DNA of 37,272 nt. Origin: Desulfobacteraceae bacterium (GTDB taxonomy: Bacteria > Desulfobacterota > DSM-4660 > Desulfatiglandales > B25-G16). Within the stretch, counting starts at the first letter, position 1. Each line of letters begins with the position of its first letter. Under the pieces are notes generated by a model, which did no database searches, was not told the DNA's origin, and saw only the letters and a program-made list of their open reading frames with translations. The position numbers were made by a program, and so were the translations under genes. Shown here in pieces: positions 8,460-18,046 of this stretch. The stretch lies in contig JAUWZC010000001.1 of the NCBI GenBank assembly GCA_030615565.1, positions 1 to 37,272 on the forward strand. The letters run 5' to 3'.

Positions 8460-9368
8460 ATGGCCTCTAAAAAATCCACCATCTTATTCCTTCCGAGAGG
8501 ATCAAACACAGTAAGAAAAATTAATGTCTCTCGTAGCGTAACCTCCATTATTGTCTTTCTTATCTTTATGATGGTTCTCGGTGTCAGCTGGCTTATTAAT
8601 GATTACAGAAAGATAAAAACCCAAATACCAGAATTAAATTATCTAAAAAAAGAAAACGAAATTCAAAAGACCCAAATCATTGCCTTAAGTAAAAAGATTA
8701 ATAAAATCAATCAAAACATGGTCAAGCTTCAAGAATTTGAGCGTAAGCTAAGGGTCATGACCAACTTAGAGCCATCTGAGAAACAAGATCAATTATTTGC
8801 GATTGGGGGCTCAAATATTATTACCCTTAAATCAAATTATCAGCTGGAGGAAGTCCATAAGGGGTTAATTCAACAAATGCATAAATCTTTGGAAGACTTA
8901 CAAACAAGGACAGCTATAGCCTCCATATCCCAAACAGAATTAAATGATTTTTTAAAAGAACAGAAATCTATTCTGGCTTGCACACCATCTATCAGGCCAA
9001 CAGATGGCTGGTTTTCTTCTGGATTTGGTTACAGGATCTCTCCCTTTACAAATCAAAGGGAATTTCACAAAGGAATCGACATAGCAACCAGGATCGGGGT
9101 ACCTGTAATTGCCCCAGCCGATGGATTAGTTGTATTTGTGGGTAGAGAAGGTAACTTCGGAAAGATGATTTCTATTAATCATGGATATAATTTAAAAACA
9201 AGGTACGGACATCTGAATAAATTCCGAATAAAAAAAGGGCAACATGTTAAAAGAGGTCAAATTATAGGAGAGGTTGGAAAAAGTGGCCGATGCACAGGTC
9301 CTCACCTCCACTATGAAGTACTTCTCAATGGTGTCCCTGTAAACCCCCTCCGTTACATACTAAACTGA
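8460..9368 (+). CDS. M23 family metallopeptidase with N-terminal TM anchor and coiled coil (EnvC/LytM-like)
   Basis: The start is moved to MASKKSTILF because the 8427 start lies inside tRNA-Cys. The M23 metal ligands HKGIDIA (HxxxD) and GPHLHYEV (HxH) are intact. Confidence 0.85.
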   Translation: MASKKSTILFLPRGSNTVRKINVSRSVTSIIVFLIFMMVLGVSWLINDYRKIKTQIPELNYLKKENEIQKTQIIALSKKINKINQNMVKLQEFERKLRVMTNLEPSEKQDQLFAIGGSNIITLKSNYQLEEVHKGLIQQMHKSLEDLQTRTAIASISQTELNDFLKEQKSILACTPSIRPTDGWFSSGFGYRISPFTNQREFHKGIDIATRIGVPVIAPADGLVVFVGREGNFGKMISINHGYNLKTRYGHLNKFRIKKGQHVKRGQIIGEVGKSGRCTGPHLHYEVLLNGVPVNPLRYILN

Positions 9369-9447
9369 TTTGCACCTAACCAATTTTATTCTATTCTTCA
9401 ACCGATCTATTTTTTAATCCTGCCATTTAATTTTACTATATCTATCT

Positions 9448-9476
9448 TTGCAAAAATACAATTTATCGTGTAAAAT
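9448..9476 (+). promoter_or_regulatory. Candidate sigma70-type promoter upstream of secA
   Basis: TTGCAA (9448-9453), a 17-nt spacer, then TAAAAT (9471-9476), about 90 nt upstream of the secA ATG. This is a pattern match only. Confidence 0.3.
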
Positions 9477-9567
9477 TCAACAAATTACATAACAGATTTA
9501 ATTGCTACTTGAATTTTTGGATATAAAAGTTTAATCAGAAGTAAAGACGATTATAAGGAAATTTTTT

Positions 9568-12402
9568 ATGTTAGGTAAGCTTTTCAAAAAGATTATTGGA
9601 AGCAAAAACGAAAGAGAGCTTAAGAAACTTGCGCCAATAGTAGAAAAGATTAATGAATTTGAACCCCACTTTAAAGGCCTCAGTGACACTCAAATTAGGA
9701 ATAAGACAGGGGAATTTAAGGATAGGATAGCAAAGGGCGAATCCCTGGATGATATCTTGCCTGAGGCCTATGCCGCTGTCAGAGAGGTCTCAGTAAGGGT
9801 CTTAGGTATGAGACATTTTGATGTACAACTCTTAGGAGGCATTGTCCTTCATCTTGGCAAAATAGCAGAGATGAAAACAGGGGAAGGTAAGACCCTGGCT
9901 GCTACCCTCCCACTATATTTAAATGGCCTTTTAGAAAATGGTAGCCACCTGGTTACAGTGAACGATTATCTTGCAAAAAGAGACGCCGAGTGGATGGGTG
10001 GAATATATCGGTCCCTCGGGATGTCTGTGGGTGTTATTGTGCATGATATGGATGATCAGAAAAGAAAGATTGCCTATAACTCTGATATAACCTATGGCAC
10101 CAACAATGAATTCGGCTTTGATTACCTCAGGGACAATATGAAGTACTCATTTGAAGACTGTGTACAGAGGGACCTCCACTTTTCCATTGTAGATGAAGTA
10201 GATAGCATTCTCATTGATGAAGCTAGAACGCCCTTGATAATCTCAGGTCCCATCGAGCGCGGTGAAGACCCCTTTTATGCTACAGTAAAGCCTTCAATCA
10301 TGAAGCTTAAGGAGCACCAGGATAGGGTAATTCGAACCATTCTTAATAAATCAGAAGCATTGATGAGGGAAGCTAAAGATGATGATAAAGTAATTGAATT
10401 GCTCCTTCAGGTTAAGAGAGGTAGCCCAAAGAATCCACGGTTCCTAGAGATCATTGCAAAGGAACCGGGATTAAAAAAAGGGATCGATAGAATGGAATCT
10501 TTCCTTAGATCCCAAAAGTCTCTCCCTGCCCTGGATGAAGAACTTTACTGCATTATCGAGGAGCAAGATCACAGTGCAAACTGGACAGATAAAGGGCTTA
10601 AACTATTATCTGGAGACCAACAAGACGACTTTATCATCCCTGACCTGAGCCAAGGGTTACAAGAAATCGATAACGATCCTCATTTGAACTTCAGGGAAAA
10701 GAAAAAAAGTAAAAGAGAATTAGAGGCAAAATACTCAGAGACATCTGAAAGAATGCATGCGACCCAGCAACTCATTAAGGCATACTGGCTTTTTAATAAG
10801 GATGTGGATTACGTGGTTAAGGATGGACAGGTAATAATTGTAGATGAATTTACCGGTAGACTTATGCCAGGCAGGAGATGGAGCGATGGATTACATCAGG
10901 CAATTGAGGCAAAGGAAGGCGTTAACGTGGCGGAGGAAAATCAAACCCTGGCGACCATAACCTTTCAAAATTATTTCAGGATGTATGAAAAACTTGCTGG
11001 AATGACCGGAACAGCCGATACAGAGGCCCCAGAATTCAAAAAGATCTATAACCTTGATGTATTTGTAATACCAACCCATAAAAAAATGATCAGGGATGAT
11101 TATTCAGATGTTATTTACAAAACCGAAAGAGAGAAATTCAAGTCGGTTGTCGAAGAAATCAAGGGACTCCATAAAAAGGGCCGCCCTGTCCTGGTTGGTA
11201 CCATATCAATCGAAAAATCAGAGATGTTGAGCAGTATGCTAAAAAAAGTTGGCATCAAACACCAGGTCTTAAATGCAAAAAATCATGAAAGAGAGGCCGA
11301 AATTGTTGCCCAAGCTGGACAAAATGGAACTGTTACCATATCCACAAATATGGCTGGTAGAGGAACTGATATAGTATTAGGAGATGGCGTGCCAGAGCTG
11401 GGTGGCCTCCATATTCTTGGCACAGCGAGGCATGAAAGCAGAAGGATTGATAATCAGTTAAGGGGACGTTCAGGTCGTCAGGGAGACCAAGGTTCATCAC
11501 GGTTTTATCTCTCTTTAGAAGATGACCTCATGAGAGTCTTCGGCTCAGAAAGGATTGCCTCGGTTATGGACAGGCTTGGCATGGAAGAGGATCAACCAAT
11601 AGAACACCAAATCATCTCGAGAGCTATTGAAGGAGCCCAGAAAAGGGTTGAAGGTATAAATTTCAACATCCGAAAAAATCTTCTTGAATATGACGATGTA
11701 ATGAACCAACAGCGAAAGGTAATATACAGCCAGAGGAGTGAAATACTAAAGGGGGAGCACCTTAAAGAAACCATTGAGGATATGATTGACGAGTTGGTAG
11801 AAGCCGCAATTTTAGATACTATTGATCCCAAAATCTTTCCTGAAGAATGGAATTTAAGCCCACTTTCAGATTATATATATAATGTATTCGGATTCTTGTT
11901 CCAATTTTCCCAAGCACAGCTAAAGGATCTAACTCAGGAAATTTTAATAGATAAATTAAAACACCAGGTTATAGATATATATGAGAAAAAAGAGCAAGAA
12001 GCCGATCCTGAATCCTTTCTTTTTCTACAAAAAATTGCCATGTTAAGGGCAGTTGATGAGCTCTGGATGGATCACCTCCTGGCTATGGACCAGCTCAAAG
12101 AGGGTATAGGCTTAAGAGGATACGGCCAGATGGATCCTCTTAAGGAATACCAGAAAGAGGGTTATAGTATGTTCATCTCAATGGTAGAAGGAATTAAAGA
12201 AAATACACTCAGAACACTTTTTAGGATTCGGGTCGCACCCCAGGAACGGCCCTCCATTGCTGTTCCCAAAAAGGAAATAGTTCTCAGTCATGGAGGCAAT
12301 GGTGGCAGTTCACCAGTCAAACGGAAAACACCTAAGGTAGGGAGAAATGATCCCTGTCCATGCGGGAGCGGGAAAAAATATAAGCGCTGCTGTGGTAGAT
12401 GA
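9568..12402 (+). CDS. secA: Preprotein translocase ATPase SecA
   Basis: 944-aa ORF with Walker [28 protein letters not shown] and [10 protein letters not shown], plus the C-terminal zinc motif [14 protein letters not shown]. Confidence 0.97.
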   Translation: MLGKLFKKIIGSKNERELKKLAPIVEKINEFEPHFKGLSDTQIRNKTGEFKDRIAKGESLDDILPEAYAAVREVSVRVLGMRHFDVQLLGGIVLHLGKIAEMKTGEGKTLAATLPLYLNGLLENGSHLVTVNDYLAKRDAEWMGGIYRSLGMSVGVIVHDMDDQKRKIAYNSDITYGTNNEFGFDYLRDNMKYSFEDCVQRDLHFSIVDEVDSILIDEARTPLIISGPIERGEDPFYATVKPSIMKLKEHQDRVIRTILNKSEALMREAKDDDKVIELLLQVKRGSPKNPRFLEIIAKEPGLKKGIDRMESFLRSQKSLPALDEELYCIIEEQDHSANWTDKGLKLLSGDQQDDFIIPDLSQGLQEIDNDPHLNFREKKKSKRELEAKYSETSERMHATQQLIKAYWLFNKDVDYVVKDGQVIIVDEFTGRLMPGRRWSDGLHQAIEAKEGVNVAEENQTLATITFQNYFRMYEKLAGMTGTADTEAPEFKKIYNLDVFVIPTHKKMIRDDYSDVIYKTEREKFKSVVEEIKGLHKKGRPVLVGTISIEKSEMLSSMLKKVGIKHQVLNAKNHEREAEIVAQAGQNGTVTISTNMAGRGTDIVLGDGVPELGGLHILGTARHESRRIDNQLRGRSGRQGDQGSSRFYLSLEDDLMRVFGSERIASVMDRLGMEEDQPIEHQIISRAIEGAQKRVEGINFNIRKNLLEYDDVMNQQRKVIYSQRSEILKGEHLKETIEDMIDELVEAAILDTIDPKIFPEEWNLSPLSDYIYNVFGFLFQFSQAQLKDLTQEILIDKLKHQVIDIYEKKEQEADPESFLFLQKIAMLRAVDELWMDHLLAMDQLKEGIGLRGYGQMDPLKEYQKEGYSMFISMVEGIKENTLRTLFRIRVAPQERPSIAVPKKEIVLSHGGNGGSSPVKRKTPKVGRNDPCPCGSGKKYKRCCGR

Positions 12403-13592
12403 AAAAAGATAATAACTATTCAGTTCCAGGGTTTCTCGCCTCTGCCGTTTCTGCTGGCCTCAATAAAACCGGTACGTTGGATCTTTGTTTGATCTTTTCC
12501 CAAAAGAAGGCAGTAGCAGCAGGGGTATTCACAACTAATAAGGTTAAGGCTGCCCCTGTTCTGTTGAGTCAGGAAAGGATAAAAAAAGGTTTTTTAAGGG
12601 CAGTTATTGCTAATACGGGTTATGCTAATGCCTGTACTGGCACTCAAGGACTACATGATTCCATTCAAACAGCGGATATGGCTTCCAAGGAATTAGGGAT
12701 CTCTCCAGAGGAAACAGTTGTTGCCTCAACAGGGGTCATTGGAGCTTATCTTCCATGCAATCTGATAGAAAAGGCCCTTCCAAATCTGGTGAAAAATCTA
12801 TCCTCTAATGGTTTTAAATCTGTTGCTAAGGCATTAATGACTACAGACTCATTTCCAAAAATGAGTTACTTTGAAGGGCGAGCTCAGGGAAATCCCTTTC
12901 ACTTATTAGGAATTGCTAAAGGTGCAGGTATGATCATGCCGGATATGGCAACAATGCTATCTTTTCTGCTTACAGACATAAATATTGATTTCCAGACCTT
13001 ATGGCCTATCTTTCGATCAGCCGTGGAGTGCACCTTCAACCGGATCACCGTAGATGGAGAGACCAGCACCAATGATATGGTTCTAATTATGGCTAATGGG
13101 ATTGCAGGAAACAGAAGATTAACTAAGCCAGACATAAAGGAATTTGAAAGGGGCTTAACAGATGTTATGGGGGAGTTAGCTTATATGATTGCCAAGGACG
13201 GCGAGGGTGCTACCAAGACAGTTATAATTGATGTAAAGGGAGCAGCATCAAAAGATGATGCAAATACAGCCGCAAGAGTTGTTGGCAACTCTAATCTTGT
13301 CAAAACCACTATCTTTGGCCAGGATCCTAACTGGGGCCGTATCATGGCTGCCCTTGGTAGGGCTGGAATTAAGATGGAGGAAAATAAGGTTCAGATCTGG
13401 ATAGATGGGATCAAGGTAGTAGATGGCGGTCTAATGACCAGTGAAAAAGAAGAAAGAAAAGCAGCTGAAAGAATGAAAAAGGAACAAATAACAATTACTA
13501 TCCACCTGAATCAAGGAAGATGGAAAGATAGGATAATAACCTGTGATCTTACATATGATTATATAAGGATTAATGCCGGATATAGAACCTGA
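12399..13592 (+). CDS. argJ: Bifunctional ornithine acetyltransferase / N-acetylglutamate synthase
   Basis: 397-aa ORF with the autoprocessing site region [13 protein letters not shown] and a C-terminal [15 protein letters not shown]. It overlaps the secA stop (ATGA). Confidence 0.93.
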   Translation: MKKDNNYSVPGFLASAVSAGLNKTGTLDLCLIFSQKKAVAAGVFTTNKVKAAPVLLSQERIKKGFLRAVIANTGYANACTGTQGLHDSIQTADMASKELGISPEETVVASTGVIGAYLPCNLIEKALPNLVKNLSSNGFKSVAKALMTTDSFPKMSYFEGRAQGNPFHLLGIAKGAGMIMPDMATMLSFLLTDINIDFQTLWPIFRSAVECTFNRITVDGETSTNDMVLIMANGIAGNRRLTKPDIKEFERGLTDVMGELAYMIAKDGEGATKTVIIDVKGAASKDDANTAARVVGNSNLVKTTIFGQDPNWGRIMAALGRAGIKMEENKVQIWIDGIKVVDGGLMTSEKEERKAAERMKKEQITITIHLNQGRWKDRIITCDLTYDYIRINAGYRT

Positions 13593-13605
13593 AGTGCCTA
13601 AGGGT

Positions 13606-13633
13606 TGTCATTAGTCATTTGTCATTAGTCATT
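13606..13633 (+). repeat. Tandem heptamer array TGTCATT-AGTCATT-TGTCATT-AGTCATT
   Basis: This is a perfect 2 x 14-nt (4 x 7-nt) tandem repeat in the argJ-epimerase spacer, ending 43 nt before the likely epimerase ATG. Confidence 0.8.
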
Positions 13634-13675
13634 AACACAACAAACTTAAGAAACTCAACAAACACAATAAACCCA

Positions 13676-14647
13676 ATGATAGATAATCAACAAACAACCT
13701 TTGTGACAGGAGCAGCTGGTTTTATTGGCTTTCACACAGCAAGATCACTGCTTGAAAAGGGTGATAGTGTAATCGGAATAGACAACCTCAATGCCTATTA
13801 CGATGTCTCATTAAAAAAGGCCAGACTGGAACAGCTAATTGCTCATCATAATTTCACTTTCTATCATAAAGATATTAACAATCTTGATGCCCTTAAAAAG
13901 ATATTCTCTAATAACCACATGGATAGGATCTGTAACTTGGCAGCCCAGGCCGGCGTGAGATACTCAATGCAAAATCCCTTTACCTATCAGGAAAGTAATA
14001 TAAAAGGCTTTCTTAACCTATTAGAGATGGCCCGACAATTCCCTGTAAACAACTTCGTTTTTGCCTCCTCATCGTCTGTTTATGGTAATAATAAAAAGCT
14101 GCCTTTTAGCGTTGAAGACAATGTTGATACCCCAATCTCCCTTTATGCAGCAACCAAAAGATCTGACGAGTTGATGGCGTTCACATACAGCCATCTTTTT
14201 AACATCCCTTTAACCGGACTCCGTTATTTCACAGTTTATGGGCCATGGGGAAGACCGGATATGGCACTTTTTATTTTTACCAGGGCCATACTGAATGAGA
14301 TGCCCATAGATATCTATAATTTTGGAAAAATGAAAAGGGATTTTACCTATGTTGATGATATTGTAGATGGAACCATCTCAGCCCTAAATAGCCCCTTTAG
14401 ATATGAAATATTTAATCTTGGTAATTCAAAGACCGTGCAACTGATGGAACTTATTAAAATTATCGAGGAAGAATTGGGGATAGAGGCAAAGAAAAACTTC
14501 CTTCCTCTTCAGCCTGGTGATGTTCCTGAAACATATGCTGATATAAAAAAGACAAAAAAGATGTTGGGTTATAATCCCAAAACTTCAATAAGAACCGGAA
14601 TTATAAAATTCCTTAATTGGTATCGCGATTATTATAAAATAGGCTAA
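13676..14647 (+). CDS. NAD-dependent nucleotide-sugar epimerase (UDP-glucuronate 4-epimerase-like SDR)
   Basis: The start is placed at MIDNQQTTFVTGAAGFIGFH because the upstream 19 codons are translated heptamer repeats. It has a GxxGxxG Rossmann motif and catalytic YAATK. Confidence 0.85.
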   Translation: MIDNQQTTFVTGAAGFIGFHTARSLLEKGDSVIGIDNLNAYYDVSLKKARLEQLIAHHNFTFYHKDINNLDALKKIFSNNHMDRICNLAAQAGVRYSMQNPFTYQESNIKGFLNLLEMARQFPVNNFVFASSSSVYGNNKKLPFSVEDNVDTPISLYAATKRSDELMAFTYSHLFNIPLTGLRYFTVYGPWGRPDMALFIFTRAILNEMPIDIYNFGKMKRDFTYVDDIVDGTISALNSPFRYEIFNLGNSKTVQLMELIKIIEEELGIEAKKNFLPLQPGDVPETYADIKKTKKMLGYNPKTSIRTGIIKFLNWYRDYYKIG

Positions 14648-14977
14648 CTAAAAAAATTATACCAATACAATAAACCCAAAACCCTTTAACTCTTTCATAT
14701 ATTACGCTTGCTCACTTAAAAAACTTTTTTATTTTCTTCTGCAAGTGTGTTATAAAGCGCTAATTTTTTTAATCCTTTGATATTGGGATTAGCGAAAAAA
14801 CCTCTAAAATTTAAAAATGCTGTAAGTTTTTAATTAAAATTAGTAAACTCTTTGTCTATTTTTCTGCTTCTTATCATTTGATTGACTTTAAAGTTTAAAG
14901 ATAGTATGTTGCTCGAAATTTATGTAAAATTCCTTGTATCTGGCTGAAACAGAGCATGTAAAGGCAAAGATATTAAA

Positions 14978-15334
14978 GTGGGAAAAGTACCCAAAATAAT
15001 TATAGTAATAGTAATAAGCCTTTTTCTTGTAGCCTTCTTTTTAGGTATATACATAACAATTGATGAAAAAATACCCAACAATGCAGTAGTTGTTGTAACA
15101 TTGGAAGATAAACTCTGTCATTCTATTCACTTTGATTATATTTGCGTTGCTCGCAAAACAGCCAAGACAATGGTCTGTTCTGAGGCAAAGGAGAAGGGTT
15201 TCAAATTAAACTCCCATTGTCAAAATCTTGGCTATTTTAGGGGTAACAGACTTTTTCTTTACCAATATATCCTCTCAAAGTTTGGGATACAATATAACAG
15301 CCGCTGGGATATGAACGGCAACTGGCTATGGTGA
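14978..15334 (+). CDS. Hypothetical single-pass membrane protein with 4 Cys in the extracytoplasmic part
   Basis: 118-aa ORF with a GTG start, an N-terminal TM helix IIIVIVISLFLVAFFLGIYI and no recognisable family. The RBS is weak and a 330-nt AT-rich spacer precedes it. Confidence 0.4.
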   Translation: MGKVPKIIIVIVISLFLVAFFLGIYITIDEKIPNNAVVVVTLEDKLCHSIHFDYICVARKTAKTMVCSEAKEKGFKLNSHCQNLGYFRGNRLFLYQYILSKFGIQYNSRWDMNGNWLW

Positions 15335-15399
15335 AGACCAAATCACCAACCCATGGCTCCTCCATGATATTATCCAATAAAAACGAATAAGATAACTTC

Positions 15400-15429
15400 T
15401 TGACTTACTTCTTATTTTTTAGTTAAAAT
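15400..15429 (+). promoter_or_regulatory. Candidate sigma70-type promoter for the PP2C / FHA-GAF-cyclase pair
   Basis: TTGACT (15400-15405), an 18-nt spacer, then TAAAAT (15424-15429), 66 nt upstream of the ATG at 15495. Confidence 0.35.
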
Positions 15430-15494
15430 CCATATCTACCAAAATATTAACCATAGTAAACCTACCAGCATCAGGGCTGAAGGGTGAGATAGTT

Positions 15495-16262
15495 ATGCAA
15501 TTTGCATTCTTTGGAACATCCGATATAGGCCGTCATCGTAAATATAACGAAGATAGTTATCTTTGTAATCCAAAAGAAAAATTATTTCTGATTGCAGACG
15601 GAATAGGTGGGCAAGCCGCTGGTGAAATAGCCAGCAAGCTTGCGATTAGAAACATAGAAGAATTTGTTGTTCGATCACATTCAGAAGATATAACCTGGCC
15701 TATACCTTACAGACAGGAGTTTACGTTAGATCAAAACAGTCTCCTTGCTGGAACCACTCTGGCCAACCGCAAGGTACGCGAGCTTGCAAATCAGAATCCT
15801 TCAATGAAAGGGATGGGGACAACCCTTGTTGGGGTCATTATTAAAGGAAATCTACTAGCTATTTTAAATATAGGAGATAGTCGATTATATAGGATTAGGG
15901 GTGGTGAGATAGAGCAAATCACCCAGGACCACACTGTGGCGGGAGAACAGGAAAAGCTGGGACTCCTGACTAAAGAAGAGGCCTCTAATCATCCCCAGAA
16001 ACATATTCTTACGAGTGCCCTTGGGATTGAAGTTATGGAAAATCTTAGAATAGACCTTTCCCTTGTTGATATACTTAAAAAAGATCTATACCTTATGTGT
16101 TCCGATGGATTGAATGATATGCTTAGTGATAAAGAAATACTGGCAATAATTAACTCTGATGAAAACAGGTCCCTTGAAAAGATTAGCCTTTCATTGATTC
16201 AACAGGCCAATCTTGCTGGGGGGCGAGACAATATAACTATTATTCTGCTATCTTTTTATTAA
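15495..16262 (+). CDS. PP2C-family Ser/Thr protein phosphatase
   Basis: 255-aa ORF with NEDSYL, ADGIGGQAAGEIAS, GMGTTLVG, GDSRLYR, CSDGLNDML and GGRDNITIILL, the canonical PPM motifs. Confidence 0.88.
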   Translation: MQFAFFGTSDIGRHRKYNEDSYLCNPKEKLFLIADGIGGQAAGEIASKLAIRNIEEFVVRSHSEDITWPIPYRQEFTLDQNSLLAGTTLANRKVRELANQNPSMKGMGTTLVGVIIKGNLLAILNIGDSRLYRIRGGEIEQITQDHTVAGEQEKLGLLTKEEASNHPQKHILTSALGIEVMENLRIDLSLVDILKKDLYLMCSDGLNDMLSDKEILAIINSDENRSLEKISLSLIQQANLAGGRDNITIILLSFY

Positions 16263-16281
16263 AAATATTTCAAAAGATGAT

Positions 16282-17934
16282 ATGCCAAGCTTAGATATCA
16301 CAACCTATGGTGGCCGAAGGTATAGCCTTCAAATCAAAAAAGAAAAAATTACCATAGGCAGAAGTCCCGACAACAATCTTATCCTTTCTGAAAAAAGCAT
16401 CTCCCGTCACCATGCTGAGATAAAAAAAATGAAAGACGGCTACCTTCTAGCCGACCTCGGAAGTTATAATGGTACAAAGGTCAATGAAAAGTCGATTCAG
16501 GGCGTCCTCCTAAAACACAACGATAAAATAAAAATCGGCCTAACAAGCCTGATCTTCCTGGCCAGAAAAAAGGATGAATTATCCCTCGAGGACCCCCTTG
16601 TCCTAACCATAGATAGTGATTATGAAAAAGAGCATAAAGAGGTACTAAAAAGCCTCTCAGATAGTGGTGCTATTGACTCTAAGGAGCTGTTAGTTTCTTT
16701 AGAAGCTATGAAAACCCCAAAAGAAGCTGCTATTTCTGCCCTTCCAGAAGAGACTCAGGCTGAATTAGAGAGAAGGAACAAGGTGCTCTTTGTGCTTTAC
16801 GAAATCAGTCGCCAGTTAAACACCATCCATGATTTTAGAGAACTCCTGAAAATAATAATGGATCTTATCTTTATGGTAATTAGTGCTGATTACGGTTTTT
16901 TGGTTCTTATTGGAGATGGAACAGAAGATCAACTCATTCCGGTGGTAGTCAAATATAGAAGCAACCAAGAAAAAAATAAGAGGAAATTAAAGGCTAGCCA
17001 AACCTTAATTCATAAAGTAATACATGGTAAAGTTGCTATATTAACATCAAACGCTATGGCCGATTCTCGATTTGATGGTGCCAAAAGCCTCTTTATCCAG
17101 AAAATCAGATCAGCTATTTGTGTGCCACTTTGGAGAAAAGACAAAATTATTGGTGTTATTCAACTCGACAGTATAAGATTTGATAACCAATTTAACCAGG
17201 ATGATCTCGAGCTACTTAAGGCCATTGGAAGTCAGATGGCCATGATAATTGAACAGGCCAGTCTTAATGAGCAGATAAGGGAAGAAGAGATAATGAGAAG
17301 CCGTCTAGAGAGATTTCACTCTCCCCAGGTAATTGAAATGATCTTAAAAGGAAGTCAAGAGACCAAAGATAACGTGATGGAGCCAAAGGATCTAACAGCC
17401 ACTATACTCTTTACAGATATTATTGACTTTACCCAGCTCGCGGAACGAATTTCTCCTCGAGAAACAAATATAGTTCTGAATCAATATTTTTCAACAATGA
17501 CAGATATTGTCTTCAGCTACGATGGCACCCTTGATAAGTATATAGGCGATGGACTGATGGCTGTTTTTGGAGCCCCAATGGAAAGAGAAGACGATGCGGA
17601 AAGGGCAATTCTGGCTGCCAAAGAAATGAAAAGCCAACTGGCAGTAATGATGACCGAAAAAGGAGGCCATAGAAAAAAATTTGATATACGGATAGGAATA
17701 AATACCGGGAGGGTGGTTGCCGGAAATATTGGTTCTCCCAAGCGGATGGACTACACCGTTATAGGAGACCCAGTCAATACTGCCTCAAGATTAGAATCAA
17801 TTGCCAAGCCGAATCAGATTCTTATAGGAGAGGAAACATACAGGGCTGTGAAAGATAAATTCAAAATAAGAAAAATTGGTCCAAAAAAGGTTAAAGGAAA
17901 AAGAGCGGATATTATGGTTTATGAAATTATTTAG
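16282..17934 (+). CDS. FHA - GAF - class III adenylate/guanylate cyclase
   Basis: 550-aa ORF. The FHA domain has ITIGRSPDNNLILSEKSISRHHAEI..GSYNGTKVN. A GAF-like central region follows. The cyclase domain has ATILFTDIIDFT, GDGLMAVFGAP, IGINTGRVVAGNIGS and YTVIGDPVNTASRLES. Confidence 0.88.
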   Translation: MPSLDITTYGGRRYSLQIKKEKITIGRSPDNNLILSEKSISRHHAEIKKMKDGYLLADLGSYNGTKVNEKSIQGVLLKHNDKIKIGLTSLIFLARKKDELSLEDPLVLTIDSDYEKEHKEVLKSLSDSGAIDSKELLVSLEAMKTPKEAAISALPEETQAELERRNKVLFVLYEISRQLNTIHDFRELLKIIMDLIFMVISADYGFLVLIGDGTEDQLIPVVVKYRSNQEKNKRKLKASQTLIHKVIHGKVAILTSNAMADSRFDGAKSLFIQKIRSAICVPLWRKDKIIGVIQLDSIRFDNQFNQDDLELLKAIGSQMAMIIEQASLNEQIREEEIMRSRLERFHSPQVIEMILKGSQETKDNVMEPKDLTATILFTDIIDFTQLAERISPRETNIVLNQYFSTMTDIVFSYDGTLDKYIGDGLMAVFGAPMEREDDAERAILAAKEMKSQLAVMMTEKGGHRKKFDIRIGINTGRVVAGNIGSPKRMDYTVIGDPVNTASRLESIAKPNQILIGEETYRAVKDKFKIRKIGPKKVKGKRADIMVYEII

Positions 17935-17962
17935 AGTCAAAAAATTTCCTTTTACTACCTGA

Positions 17963-18046
17963 TTATTCCTTCTTAAGATCCTCTATGTCCTTTTTAAGGC
18001 CTTTGACCTCTTCCTTTAGCTCACTTGTATCAAGTTCTTCATCAAA
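17963..18046 (-). repeat. Shared C-terminal tail module, copy 1 (inverted relative to 28878-28964)
   Basis: It encodes FDEELDTSELKEEVKGLKKDIEDLKKE*. By hand alignment, 64 of 81 aligned nt and 19 of 27 residues are identical to the tail of the 28698-28964 ORF. Confidence 0.8.

Noticed and set aside
13606-13633. CRISPR array
   Set aside because: The repeats are 7-nt units in direct tandem with no spacers. No CRISPR-length repeats of 24-48 nt with unique spacers, and no cas genes, are present anywhere in the window.
13619-13675. ORF-track start MSLVINTTNLRNSTNTINP for the epimerase
   Set aside because: These residues are the translated heptamer repeat and an A/C-rich spacer. The Rossmann motif begins right after the internal Met at 13676.
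13660-14680. Direct repeats ACAATAAACCCAA flanking the epimerase gene (13664-13676 and 14667-14679) as target-site duplications
   Set aside because: A 13-nt A/C-rich match in AT-rich DNA is within chance expectation for a 37-kb window. There is no other sign of mobility.
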